Positions 39,360 to 50,694 of a DNA stretch of 64,000 bases are shown here, in pieces; positions within the stretch are counted from its first letter, which is position 1, and each line of letters starts with the position of its first letter. The stretch is taken from positions 1,694,385 to 1,758,384 of the forward strand of contig OZ243917.1 of the NCBI GenBank assembly GCA_965213815.1, given 5' to 3'. The notes below the pieces were generated by a model. That model was not told the DNA's origin. It saw only the letters and a list, made by a program, of their open reading frames with translations, and did not search any database. The stretch comes from Alphaproteobacteria bacterium (GTDB lineage: Bacteria; Pseudomonadota; Alphaproteobacteria; SP197). Position numbers and translations under genes: made by a program.

Positions 39360-39436
39360 GATAATGATAGTCATTCGCAAAATGCTTGACAGGTGGCCAA
39401 GGGTGCGCCAAAGAAGCGCAACTGATAACTATTCGC
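39360..39436 (+). promoter_or_regulatory. Fur-like boxes
   Basis: GATAATGATAGTCATTCGC (39360-39378) matches the Fur consensus at 16/19; weaker GCAACTGATAACTATTCGC at 39418-39436. Confidence 0.7.
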
Positions 39437-39449
39437 AATGAGGAGAACC

Positions 39450-40463
39450 ATGATGTTCATGCGAATTGCCGCGCTCGCGCTCGCCCTGGTGTCACTGCCG
39501 GCAGCGGCCGATGGCGAGCTCAATCTCTATACTGCGCGTCACTACGACGCCGACGCCAGGCTCTACGAAGCCTTCCACGATGCCACCGGGGTCACCGTCA
39601 ACGTCATCGAGGACAAGGCCGGGGCCCTGATCGAGAGGATGAGGATCGAAGGCGAGAACAGCCCCGTTGACGTCTTCATGACGGCCGATGCCTCGAACCT
39701 GATGACCGCCGCCCTCGATGGCCTGCTCCAGGGAGTCTCCTCGGCGGACCTGGAGTTCCGCATTCCCGCCTCCCTGCGTCATCCAGATGGCGCATGGTTC
39801 GCCTTCACGAGGCGGGCCCGTGTGATCATGGTGCACAGGGACTTCGATGCCACGGGCCTCGAACGCTACGAGGATCTCGCGGATCCACGGTTTGCCGACA
39901 CCATCTGCATCCGTTCGTCGGGCAACATCTACAACCAGTCCCTGGTGGCCTCGCTCATCGTCGCCAATGGCGACGATGCCACCGCCGCCTGGGTGAGGGG
40001 GCTGGTGGCCAACATGGCGCGTGAACCGGAATCCAACGATACCGGCCAGATCAAGGCGGTGGCTGCCGGCCAGTGCGAGATCGCCGTCGCCAACACCTAC
40101 TACCTGGCACGCCTCGTGAGGTCTGACGATCCGGCCAGTCGCGATATCGCCGATGCCATCCGGGTCATCATGCCCAATCAGGGCGACCGCGGCGTCCACG
40201 TCAATATTTCAGGGGCCGGTGTGGCCGCCCATGCCCCCAACCGCGACAACGCCATCGCCTTCCTGGAGTTTCTGGCCAGCGACATGGCGCAGCAGGTCTT
40301 TGCCGACAGCAACAACGAATGGCCGGTGGTCGACGGAATCGCTCACGCCGGTGTGCTCGACGATCTCTACGGCGACTTCGTGGCCGATGGCATCGACGTG
40401 GCGACGTTCGGCGCCAACCGCGGCCGTGCCCTCGACATCATGGAGGAGAACGGCTGGAAGTAG
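39450..40463 (+). CDS. Fe(3+) ABC transporter substrate-binding protein (FutA/FbpA-like)
   Basis: LYTARHY, RSSGNIYNQSL, NTYY iron ligands, HVNISG. Confidence 0.93.
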   Translation: MMFMRIAALALALVSLPAAADGELNLYTARHYDADARLYEAFHDATGVTVNVIEDKAGALIERMRIEGENSPVDVFMTADASNLMTAALDGLLQGVSSADLEFRIPASLRHPDGAWFAFTRRARVIMVHRDFDATGLERYEDLADPRFADTICIRSSGNIYNQSLVASLIVANGDDATAAWVRGLVANMAREPESNDTGQIKAVAAGQCEIAVANTYYLARLVRSDDPASRDIADAIRVIMPNQGDRGVHVNISGAGVAAHAPNRDNAIAFLEFLASDMAQQVFADSNNEWPVVDGIAHAGVLDDLYGDFVADGIDVATFGANRGRALDIMEENGWK

Positions 40464-40473
40464 ATCCGCGCGG

Positions 40474-42140
40474 TCACGGCTGTGATCCCGGCCGTGACCG
40501 GGCGATCCTTCCGGAGAGTACGATGACGGGGACAATCCCCGCCACCACGATGGCGAGCGCCGCCGTCGAGGCCTCGGCGAGCCGCTCGTCCGCCGCCAGC
40601 CGCCACGTCCTGGTGGCCAGGGTCTCGAAGTTGAAGGGCCGCACCAGCAGGGTGGCCGGCAGTTCCTTGAGCACGTCGACGAAGACCAGCAGGCCGCCGG
40701 TCAGCAGGCTGCCCCTCAACAGCGGGGCGTGGACTTCGGTCAGGGTGGCGAAGGGACTGCGGCCCAGGGATCTCGCGGCGCCGTCCATCGCCGGGGTCAC
40801 CCTGGCGAGTCCCGCATCGGTGCTGTTGTAGGCAACCGCCAGGAAGCGCACCACGTAGGCAAGGAGCAGCGCGGCGATCGAGCCGGTCACCAGCAGGCCC
40901 GTCGACACGCCGAAGGCCGCCTCCATGAAGGCATCGAGACGGTTGTCGAGCCAGGCCAGGGGAACCAGAATCCCGACCGCGATGACCGATCCCGGGATGG
41001 CATAGCCCATGGATGCGATGCGCACGGCGCCATGCGTAACCGGTCCCGCCGCCAGACGTGCCGCGTATCCCAGTGTGAGCGCCGCGGCGACGGCCAGAAT
41101 GGCCGCCAGTCCGGCCACCAGGACCGAGTTTCCGGCATAGGTCGTGAAGGCCGCCAGGGGCATGGAATCGCCGGAGGACACGGTGAGTTCGACAAGCAGG
41201 CAGACCGGAACCACAAATCCCAGCAGGACCGGCAGGGCGGTGGCCAGGAACGCGGCCCAGGCCCGCGATCCGGCGAGGACAAAACGCGGCAGCGGCTGGA
41301 AGCGACCCTGCCCCGTCACGTAGCGGGCCCGGCTCCGCGAGCTCCGTTCCACAAGGATCACGGCGAAAGCGAAGAAGAGCAGGATGCTGGCCAGTTGTGC
41401 CGCGCCTTCCGGGGAGCCCCTGATGAACCATGTCCGGTAGATTGCCGTGGTGAAGGTCTGGACCCCGAAGAACTCGACGGTGCCGAAGTCGGCGAGAGTT
41501 TCCATGAGTGCCAGGGCGAGACCGGCGGCAAGTCCGGGCCGTGCCATGGGTATGGCAACACGGGCGAAGGCGGACCAGGGCCCCAGGCCGAGGGAGCGGG
41601 CGACACCCAGCGCCTGGACCGACTGTGACAGGAACGCGTTGCGCCCCAGAAGATAGACATACGGGTAGAGCGCCAGGGACAGCATGGCGATGGCACCCGG
41701 TGTGGAGCGGATTTCCGGAAACCAGTAGTCATGGCGCCCCCAGCCGGTCAGATCGCGCAGCTCGGTCTGCAGCGGTCCGGCAAACTCCAGGAAATCAGTG
41801 TAGGCGTAGGCGACGACGTAGGCCGGGGCGGCGAAGGGGAGAAGCAGCAGCCACTCCATGTACCGCCGCCCCGGAAACTCGCACATGGTGACAAGCCATG
41901 CCGTTCCGGTGCCGATGGTCCCGGCCACCACCGCCACTCCGGCCAGCAGTACCAGGGTGTTGACGACATAGACCGAAACAATGCGATCAACGAGACCGGT
42001 CCACACGACACCACTGCCGGTGAAGAGGCTCGACACCACGGCAAGGATGGGAAGGGCGACGACGGCGGCAATGACGAGGGCTGCCACACGAATGAGCGGC
42101 CAGCGGCCGGAAGCGGGCCGCATCTCTTTCGCCGGCAGGC

Positions 42141-42144
<4 letters not shown>
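40474..42144 (-). CDS. Fe(3+) ABC transporter permease (FutB/FbpB-like)
   Basis: Two permease repeats, ADFGTV, KELPATL. Confidence 0.93.
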
Positions 42145-43544
<1,400 letters not shown>

Positions 43545-43631
43545 GGACTGCGGTTCCCGCGTCAAGTCAGGCCTTCCTTTACCACACCGCGTCCCGTCCT
43601 TGCGAACGATTCTCAGTCGTGGAATGCAACC

Positions 43632-44069
43632 CTACTTCTTGCGGAAGGAATCGAGGGAGACGATGGTGCCGTCGCCTTCGGGCTGCGTTGGCTCTTCCTC
43701 CTCGACAGGCTCTCCTTCGGGAGCCTTGAAGTTCAGTCCGAACCTGACGCTCGGGTCGGCGAACGACGTGACGGCAGTCCAGGGAACGCCGAGTTCGTGG
43801 GGCATGCGGTCAAATGAAAGACCGATTGAAAAGCCATCTTCGTCGACCTCCAGATTCCAGAACTGATTCTGGATGACGATGGTGATGTCTTCGGGATAGC
43901 GGGCCTTCAGGGCCTTGGCCATCCTGACGCCGGGGTGGTCGGTACGGAAGGTGATGTAGAAGTGGTGGTCTCCGGGCAAGCCGTCACGCGCGGCGATTTC
44001 GAGGGCGCGGGCGACGACGCTGCGCAGGGCGCCGTCAACCAGAAGTCCATAGTGGATTGAATCACTCAT
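43632..44069 (-). CDS. sspB: ClpXP adaptor SspB (alphaproteobacterial type)
   Basis: GLPGDHHFYITF, IQNQFW, VSLDSFRKK C-terminus; directly downstream of ssrA. Confidence 0.93.
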   Translation of the reverse strand: MSDSIHYGLLVDGALRSVVARALEIAARDGLPGDHHFYITFRTDHPGVRMAKALKARYPEDITIVIQNQFWNLEVDEDGFSIGLSFDRMPHELGVPWTAVTSFADPSVRFGLNFKAPEGEPVEEEEPTQPEGDGTIVSLDSFRKK

Positions 44070-44094
44070 CGCTCGACCGGACCTCTATGGACCG

Positions 44095-44358
44095 ACATGA
44101 TGGAGGGCTTCTGTTGCCCGGTGCCCTCCAAACCGCGCTTGTCGCCTATGCGGCAACAGCGAACGCCTCGTTGTCGTTGGCGCTTGTGTGATTGACCCGA
44201 TAACGGCGGTATCATACCGGGCGAAAACCGCACCTTTACCACGCACGTCGATCCTGGTTCGCCCCCATGAGTTTATGGTGGAGGCGGCGGGTACTGCCCC
44301 CGCGTCCGCAACGTCTATTCCGAACGACGTTTATCGCCATAGCCCAGCGCACCGGGCA
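44095..44358 (-). ncRNA. ssrA: Permuted two-piece tmRNA
   Basis: Acceptor piece ends GCCGCCTCCACCA at 44276, 9-nt spacer TAAACTCAT, coding piece starts GGGGGCGAA..GGATCGAC at 44266; tag ANDNEAFAVAA* at 44181-44146; terminal hairpin 44101-44130. Confidence 0.95.
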
Positions 44359-44364
44359 ACCCGA

Positions 44365-44393
44365 CATATAGTCGCGCCGGAGACGCCCCGCAA
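44365..44393 (-). promoter_or_regulatory. sigma70-type promoter of ssrA
   Basis: TTGCGG-N17-TATATG on the minus strand. Confidence 0.6.
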
Positions 44394-44439
44394 CCCCTTT
44401 GTGTCTGCAGCGCCGAGCCGGGCGGCGTGTCGGCCTGTC

Positions 44440-45663
44440 CTACGCCGAATTCCTGATCGCCGTCGCGTAGGCAGCGAGGTCCGATGCGCTCATCTGGAGC
44501 TGTCGCGCTATCTGTTGCCACCCGTCCAGGGCAACCGCAACTTCATCGATGATGGCATCGGCCCGGACCAGGTCCAGCGCGAAATACGGTGCGGCGGCCC
44601 GGGCCAGATCCAGGTCGGCGTCCGGCCCTTCTTCCGATATCCAGGTCGTCAGTTCCCGCGCCTTTTCGGTCAGCGGCACCGGGTTCAGGTCATAGGCTGG
44701 AGAGAGGCGCCACGTGTTGTCGTGATCGTAGAGGAAGCCATGGTTGCGGAGGTGATCGTCGAGATTGCCGACCATCACGTTGAAGACGATCCGCCTCCAC
44801 AGTTCATGCAGGTCTTCGGTCGGCGCGTTTGAATACATCCTGATGACTTCCGCGATATCCGTGTAGGTCGCTTCGTCGCCGTCGCTGAGCCCGAGCAGGG
44901 TCATGGCGGAAATGAACGGGATTCTTCGGTCTTCATCCCGGTCGAAGCGTGTGATCAGGGACACCGGCCGACCGGCGACGTCCAGTAGTGTCGCCTGAGC
45001 GACGCCAATGCCGGCGGCGGCGGCGAGTGTCATCGCCAGCACTTCGCCATGCGGGATGCTGCGATCGTCGTCGTTCTTCGGAAACTTGGCGATCGCCAGG
45101 CGGCCGTCATTGTCGATGACGGCGGACTTGGGGCGGGCGCCACCGAGAGGTGAACCCTCGTTCAGCAGAAGTCTCAAGTCTTCGGCGGATTCGGTGTTGG
45201 ACAGTACCGCATCGGCGGCGTTGAGGAGCGCCGGCAGCCGGATGAGGGGAGGAACGCGGTAGCGGCCGATATTGTGGCCGAAGGTCTCCTCGCCTTCCCG
45301 GCGGTACCGGAGCGCGCCCATTCTCGTGTGATCGTTGATGGCGAGGAGGTAGTCGATCTCGGACAGGGCGCGCTGCTCGCCGGCCTTGCGAAAGGCGCGC
45401 CGTATCAGCTGTTGGCCCCAACGGTCGGGTGCGGTGTCGCGCAACGCGCCAGGCAATGCGGACTTGGCCGACGAGGTGTATATCTGCCGGCGTTCAAGCG
45501 GCAGGTTCGCTGGATCCAGGGCGAAAGCACCGGCGCGGCCGCGCCATGCGTCGGCGTACTCGAAGACCGAGCTTTGGCCGTGTCGCTTGGCGATATAGTG
45601 GAATCGACCGACGAGCCGTGTCTCTGCCTTGTGGTTGACAAAGACCTCGACGGTGTCGGTCAT
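44440..45663 (-). CDS. hipA: HipA-family kinase toxin
   Basis: GSPLGGARPKS, DDHLRNHGFL, LSPAYDLNP. Confidence 0.92.
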   Translation of the reverse strand: MTDTVEVFVNHKAETRLVGRFHYIAKRHGQSSVFEYADAWRGRAGAFALDPANLPLERRQIYTSSAKSALPGALRDTAPDRWGQQLIRRAFRKAGEQRALSEIDYLLAINDHTRMGALRYRREGEETFGHNIGRYRVPPLIRLPALLNAADAVLSNTESAEDLRLLLNEGSPLGGARPKSAVIDNDGRLAIAKFPKNDDDRSIPHGEVLAMTLAAAAGIGVAQATLLDVAGRPVSLITRFDRDEDRRIPFISAMTLLGLSDGDEATYTDIAEVIRMYSNAPTEDLHELWRRIVFNVMVGNLDDHLRNHGFLYDHDNTWRLSPAYDLNPVPLTEKARELTTWISEEGPDADLDLARAAAPYFALDLVRADAIIDEVAVALDGWQQIARQLQMSASDLAAYATAIRNSA

Positions 45664-45995
45664 GACGGTGTCCGGGCGCGTCGGCGCGGTTGCACCTTCC
45701 TGGGCAGTTGATCCTCGTCGATGTCCAGTCCGAGGGAATCGTCTCGCCGGTCGGCCGCCTGGGCGAGGCGGTCGGCGAGGCCCAGGATGGCCAATACGGT
45801 TGCGTAGATGCCGATCGAGACCGACGGGTCGCCGCGTTCGACCTTGTAGAGGGTGCCGCGGCTGATGAATGCGCGCTCGGCCATCGAGACCGTCGAGATA
45901 CGACGCTTCTTGCGGGCGACGGCGATGTCCGCGCCCAGCTTGGCCAGGGCCATTTTGGCTGCTCTGGGAAGGGCTCGCGTTGCCAGTGTTTTCAT
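45660..45995 (-). CDS. HipB-like XRE antitoxin
   Basis: HTH ARKKRRIS...TLYKVERGDPSVS; ATGA overlap with hipA. Confidence 0.85.
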   Translation of the reverse strand: MKTLATRALPRAAKMALAKLGADIAVARKKRRISTVSMAERAFISRGTLYKVERGDPSVSIGIYATVLAILGLADRLAQAADRRDDSLGLDIDEDQLPRKVQPRRRARTPS

Positions 45996-45999
45996 TGTT

Positions 46000-46049
46000 T
46001 GTCTTATCTTATTGTCAATAATGGTTCATATTGTTCAATATATAAGACA
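46000..46049. promoter_or_regulatory. Nested palindromes, putative HipB operators
   Basis: Outer TGTCTTAT/ATAAGACA; inner TTATTGTCAATAA (46009-46021) and ATATTGTTCAATAT (46028-46041). Confidence 0.6.
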
Positions 46050-46186
46050 TATCGGAGATTGGTCAACAGATTTTCGAACTTGACCGAAGCTGCACGAGGA
46101 ATGTCAGCCGGCCGCGCCGGATTTCGCCCATGATCCTGCGATCGGCAACGACGACAAGAAACTCGGTTCCTTGGCGGCATTGACGA

Positions 46187-46441
46187 TCACGTCGGTATCG
46201 ACGGGATCCATGTCGTCACTCGAAGGAGGCCGGCGTCGATCGTCAGCGGAAGGTCCAGGGCGGCAAGGGTACGGAGAACGAGACCGAGCTCGGCACGGGA
46301 CTTGCCGTGCTCAATGGCGACGACCCATTGTCGTTGGACGCCCGCTTGGCGGGCGAGCTTGGTCTGGCTCAGCTGGAGCTTGCGGCGTCTATCGCGGATG
46401 GCCAGACCGAGGCCCGGGGGGGGGGGGGGTCGGATTTGCAT
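46187..46441 (-). pseudogene. Second HipB-like XRE protein with poly-C tract and probable 3' frameshift
   Basis: MQIR..GLAIRDRRRKLQLSQ..QWVVAIEHGKSRAELGLVL; expected tail PVDTDVIVNAAK lies in another frame. Confidence 0.7.
46416..46429. repeat. G14 homopolymer
   Basis: 14 consecutive G, beginning in codon 5 of the XRE gene on the minus strand. Confidence 0.9.
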
Positions 46442-46444
46442 GAT

Positions 46445-46918
46445 GGCCCCGCCGCCGCCGTACGAACGCCTGCGCGCGGCACTGGAGGAGCACGCAAGGC
46501 GCGTCGACTCGCGTTGACCGGATCGGATGCGCTCATTGTCGAGCCGCTTGGCAGACGGCACGGCCGGGAGGCCTTCCCGAGCGGGACCGCTATCTGGCAC
46601 GCCGGATCACCCGGGTATTCCACCGCCGGAGACGCCGATATCGTCCTCGGTTTCCATATGCTGAGCGCTCTGTCGATCGACCTTGCCTCACTGCCCTGCG
46701 CCCTGATCAGCCGGCTGGCGGTCGACCGCCCGGCGCACGGGTGCGGCCTCGGGCGCATGCTTCTCGCCGATGCGGTCAAGCGGTCCCTGGCCGCCGGTGA
46801 AACCGTGGCCATGCACGCCCTGATCGTGGATGCCGCGAATGACGACGCGAAACGCTTCTGCGAGAGGTTCGACTTCCTTCGGCTCAGCCATGCTGCCCTG
46901 CAAGGCCTGAAGGGATAG
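46445..46918 (+). pseudogene. DUF1778-like antitoxin tail plus GNAT toxin remnant (TacAT-like)
   Basis: PPPYERLRAA..* overlaps TTG 46514; LISRLAVD..GLGRMLLADA, LIVDAAND..RF; central part shortened. Confidence 0.7.
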
Positions 46919-47448
46919 GCTCGACGCTTGGCGACGCCGGGGCAGGCGCGTCCTTGGTCATCGACCATGGTGCCAGAGAACGATGACCTTGATGACAGTG
47001 ACCGCCGCTCATGGCTGCGTCAGATGCCTCGGCGGTCTTGAGTGGCGTCCTCGGGTCGGCCGTGTTCTTGTCTCAAGGAGCATGCAGTGTGCCCGCCCTT
47101 CTGCCGTTTCCGGAACGCGGCGTCGGCATGGGTTTTCCGGAGTGTCTCGCTGACACAAAGGTGTCTTCGCAAGCTGCGAAGGGCTCGTCGGTCGGACACG
47201 GAGCCTCGCGCGGATGAACGTGTCGACGATCGTTGGAACATGGCACCGGGCGGACGGCATCGCTCCTCGCTTTCGGAGCGGCACGCAGGCCGGCGGGAGG
47301 GGCATGGGAGGTCTCATGGAATGGCAGGGCAGCGGGTGTCCAACCCGTGGCATGGCGCTTGCCGGAACGGGTTGTGACCTGCAGTCTTTATCTTCTCTGT
47401 GTCATGGTGCCGGTGGAGTTCGCCGGCGTCCTCGTGTATGCCCTTGGC

Positions 47449-48357
47449 ATGGGCATCACGCAGGAACAGGCTCGCGAGATCAGGGAACAGCGTTCCCTTT
47501 GTCAGACGACGCGACGGGTGGTGTCTCCGGGGCTCGAGGCCTTGCTCTACGAGCCGATCGAGGTTCTCGATCACGGATTCGTGCGTGTCATCGACTATCT
47601 GGGAGACGACAGTGCCATCGTCCAGGCGGCACGGGTGTCCTACGGCACGGGTACACGGTCGGTGCGCGGTGATGCGGCGCTCATCGCCTACCTCATGCGC
47701 CACCGCCACACCACACCCTTCGAGATGTGCGAGATCAAGTATCACGTCAAGCTGCCGGTGTTCGTGGCCCGCCAGTGGATTCGCCACCGCATGTCCAGCG
47801 TCAACGAGGTCTCGGCGCGGTACTCGATTCTTGACCGCGAGTTCCACATCCCCGCGCCTGACAACCTGGCGCGCCAGTCGACGCAGAACCGGCAGGGCCG
47901 CAGCGACGTCCTCGAGGGCGACGAGGCGGCCAGGGTGCTGGAGATGCTCAAGGATGACGCCAGCCGCGCCTACGGACACTACGAGGAGATGCTCGACGGC
48001 AACGGCCCCGGCCTTGCCCGCGAACTGGCCCGTATCAACCTGCCGCTCGGAATCTACACCCAGTGGTACTGGAAGACCGACCTTCACAACCTGTTTCACT
48101 TCCTGGCCCTGCGGGCGGATTCCCATGCTCAGTACGAGATCAGGGTCTATGCCGAAGCGATGCTGGAAACGGTGAAGGCCTGGGTCCCGCTGGCTCACGA
48201 GGCCTTTGTCGACTGCCGGCTGGAGGGAGCGGAACTGACGGCTCAACAGCTGGTCGTGGTGCGCCGTATGCTGAGGGGCGAGACGGTGACAAGGGAGACC
48301 AGCGGATTGTCGCGGCGCATGTGGGACGAACTCGAGAGTGTGCTGGAGAAAGACTGA
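47449..48357 (+). CDS. thyX: FAD-dependent thymidylate synthase
   Basis: [34 protein letters not shown]. Confidence 0.96.
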   Translation: MGITQEQAREIREQRSLCQTTRRVVSPGLEALLYEPIEVLDHGFVRVIDYLGDDSAIVQAARVSYGTGTRSVRGDAALIAYLMRHRHTTPFEMCEIKYHVKLPVFVARQWIRHRMSSVNEVSARYSILDREFHIPAPDNLARQSTQNRQGRSDVLEGDEAARVLEMLKDDASRAYGHYEEMLDGNGPGLARELARINLPLGIYTQWYWKTDLHNLFHFLALRADSHAQYEIRVYAEAMLETVKAWVPLAHEAFVDCRLEGAELTAQQLVVVRRMLRGETVTRETSGLSRRMWDELESVLEKD

Positions 48358-48441
48358 ACGCCAGGGGTGCCTGTGCGCGCCCGGCTTCTTCAAGACTGGC
48401 GATGCTGAACGCCAGGGGCGTGAGGCCCCGCGAAGGCGCAC

Positions 48442-49512
48442 TTATTCGATGACGATGCGCGGACCTTCCGGGCGGGAGCCCGGCAGACTCTCCAGGACCG
48501 CCGAGGCCACCGCCTTGTAGGCATTGGCAATGGCGCCTGCGGGCTCGGCGGCGACGATGGGAAGACCGCTGTCCGACGTCTCGCGAATTCTGATGTCGAG
48601 AGGGATTTCACCGAGGAAGGGAACCTTGAGCCTGGCAGCCTCCTTTCTCGCTCCCCCATGGGCGAAGACTTCGGTGCGGTGACCGCAGGCGGGGCAGGAG
48701 AAGTAGCTCATGTTCTCGACAATGCCGAGGATGGGGACATCCACCTTGCGGAACATGTTCAGCCCCTTGCGGGCGTCGATGAGGGACAGGTCCTGCGGCG
48801 TGGACACGATCACGGCGCCGGCGAGCGGCGTTCTCTGGGTGAGCGAGAGCTGGATATCACCGGTCCCTGGCGGCAGATCGACGATCATGATGTCGGCTTC
48901 GCCCCATGCCACCTGGCGCAACATCTGCTCCAGGGCGCTCTGCACCATCGGGCCTCGCCACACCATGGGCTGGTCCTCTCCGATCAACAAACCGATCGAC
49001 ATGGTCGCGATGCCGTGGGCCATCTTGGGATAGAGCAGGGTCCCGTCGGTCTCGGGCTTGCCCGTCAGACCGAAGAGGCGCGGAGCCGAAGGGCCGTAGA
49101 TGTCTGCATCGAGGAACACCACCTTGCGGCCCCCGGCGGCCAGGGCGAGGGCCAGATTGGCGGCGGTTGTCGACTTTCCGACACCACCCTTGCCGCTGGC
49201 GACCGCCACGATGGCCTTGACGCCATCAATGCCTCCCGCCGGCTGCGCCGGGGCGGCCTGATCGCGGTGAGCGGTCATGACGACGCTCGATGAGAGCACG
49301 CCGGGCAGGGCGCGAATGGCGTCTTCGGCGGCCTTGCGCACCGGTTCGAAAGCGTGGCCACGGTCAGCCGGCACTTCCATGACGAAACCGACATTGCCGT
49401 CCTTGACAACGAGATTGGAGACAAGTCCCTCGTCGCTGATCGGACGGCCGCTCCCGGGGTCGGTGATCCCGCGAAGGACCGCTTCAACTGCCTCTTGCGT
49501 GACTCGTGCCAT
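48442..49512 (-). CDS. mrp: Mrp/ApbC Fe-S cluster carrier ATPase
   Basis: GKGGVGKST, DADIYGPS, DLPPGTGD, CPAC. Confidence 0.95.
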   Translation of the reverse strand: MARVTQEAVEAVLRGITDPGSGRPISDEGLVSNLVVKDGNVGFVMEVPADRGHAFEPVRKAAEDAIRALPGVLSSSVVMTAHRDQAAPAQPAGGIDGVKAIVAVASGKGGVGKSTTAANLALALAAGGRKVVFLDADIYGPSAPRLFGLTGKPETDGTLLYPKMAHGIATMSIGLLIGEDQPMVWRGPMVQSALEQMLRQVAWGEADIMIVDLPPGTGDIQLSLTQRTPLAGAVIVSTPQDLSLIDARKGLNMFRKVDVPILGIVENMSYFSCPACGHRTEVFAHGGARKEAARLKVPFLGEIPLDIRIRETSDSGLPIVAAEPAGAIANAYKAVASAVLESLPGSRPEGPRIVIE

Positions 49513-49635
49513 CGCTCGTCATCCTTCCCGCATTGCAGGCAACCCGCAGGTGACATATAACGCAGGCACCCTTGGCAACAACCCATAAAGCGCGGAACCC
49601 GGCTCAACAGGATCCGCCAGGAAGGCAGCGAACCC

Positions 49636-50691
49636 ATGTCCTGGAATGACGGTGGTGGAGGTGGATGGGGCGGTTCCGGCGGCGGCCCCTGGGGGCGAGG
49701 CCCCACAGGTGGCGGTGGCCGCGAGTTCGAGGAACTCGTCCGCAACGTGCAAAAGAAAGGCCGGCGATTCCTGCCAGGCGGCTTCGGCGGGATCAAGGGC
49801 ATCCTTGTCATCCTTGTCGTGCTTGTTGCCGTATGGCTGGCGAGTGGAATCTACCGGGTCGACACCAACGAGCAGGGTGTCGAGGTCGTCTTTGGACGCT
49901 GGGTCAACACGACGACGCCCGGTCTCGACTACAACTGGCCGGCGCCCATCGGGCAGGTCTTCACACCGACGGTGACGGAGATCCAGCAGTTCAACATCGG
50001 CACCACGCCCAACCAGAGCCTGATGCTGACCGGTGACGAGAACATCATTGACGTCAAGTTCGTCGTGAAGTGGAAGATCGACGACGCCGGAAAGTTCCTG
50101 TTCAACATCTCCGACCCTGAAGGCACAACGCGCAACGTGGCCGAAAGCGCCATGCGTCAGGCCGTCGGCCGCACCCCACTGGCAACGGCGCTTGCCGAAG
50201 GCAGGGCGGAAGTCGAGCAGAAGACACTGGAGTTGATGCAGGCGATGCTCGATGAGTACGGTGCCGGAGTCGAGATCCGCCAGGTCGAACTGCAGAGCGT
50301 TGATCCGCCGGCGGCGGTGATCGACGCCTTCCGCGACGTCCAGGCGGCGCGGGCGGACCAGGAACGCTCGATCAACGAGGCCCAGGCTTACCAGAACCAG
50401 ATCGTGCCGGTCGCCCGAGGCGATGCAGAACGCATGCTCCAGGAAGCGGAGGCTTACAAGGAGCAGGTGATCAACACGGCCGATGGCGATGCCGCCCGCT
50501 TCATGTCGGTCTACAACGAGTACATCCTCGCCGAGGACGTGACGGAGCGACGTATCTACCTCGAGACCATGGAAACGGTGCTGCGGGATATGGAGAAGAT
50601 TGTCATCGACACCGGAGCCATGGATGGCCAGGGAGTCGTTCCCTACCTGCCGCTTGACCAGCTGCGGCGAAGCAGCGACCAGGAGGGCTGA
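49636..50691 (+). CDS. hflK: FtsH modulator HflK
   Basis: Gly-rich N-terminus, MLTGDENI, SPFH domain, YLPL tail. Confidence 0.95.
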   Translation: MSWNDGGGGGWGGSGGGPWGRGPTGGGGREFEELVRNVQKKGRRFLPGGFGGIKGILVILVVLVAVWLASGIYRVDTNEQGVEVVFGRWVNTTTPGLDYNWPAPIGQVFTPTVTEIQQFNIGTTPNQSLMLTGDENIIDVKFVVKWKIDDAGKFLFNISDPEGTTRNVAESAMRQAVGRTPLATALAEGRAEVEQKTLELMQAMLDEYGAGVEIRQVELQSVDPPAAVIDAFRDVQAARADQERSINEAQAYQNQIVPVARGDAERMLQEAEAYKEQVINTADGDAARFMSVYNEYILAEDVTERRIYLETMETVLRDMEKIVIDTGAMDGQGVVPYLPLDQLRRSSDQEG

Positions 50692-50694
50692 GCC

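Noticed and set aside
46920-47010. RelE/ParE toxin C-terminal remnant (VIKVIVLWHHGR*)
   Set aside because: Only about 12 residues of resemblance
44396-47161. 10-bp inverted repeat CCTTTGTGTC / GACACAAAGG as ends of the TA cassette
   Set aside because: Too short, no target duplication found, and the right copy is part of local hairpins
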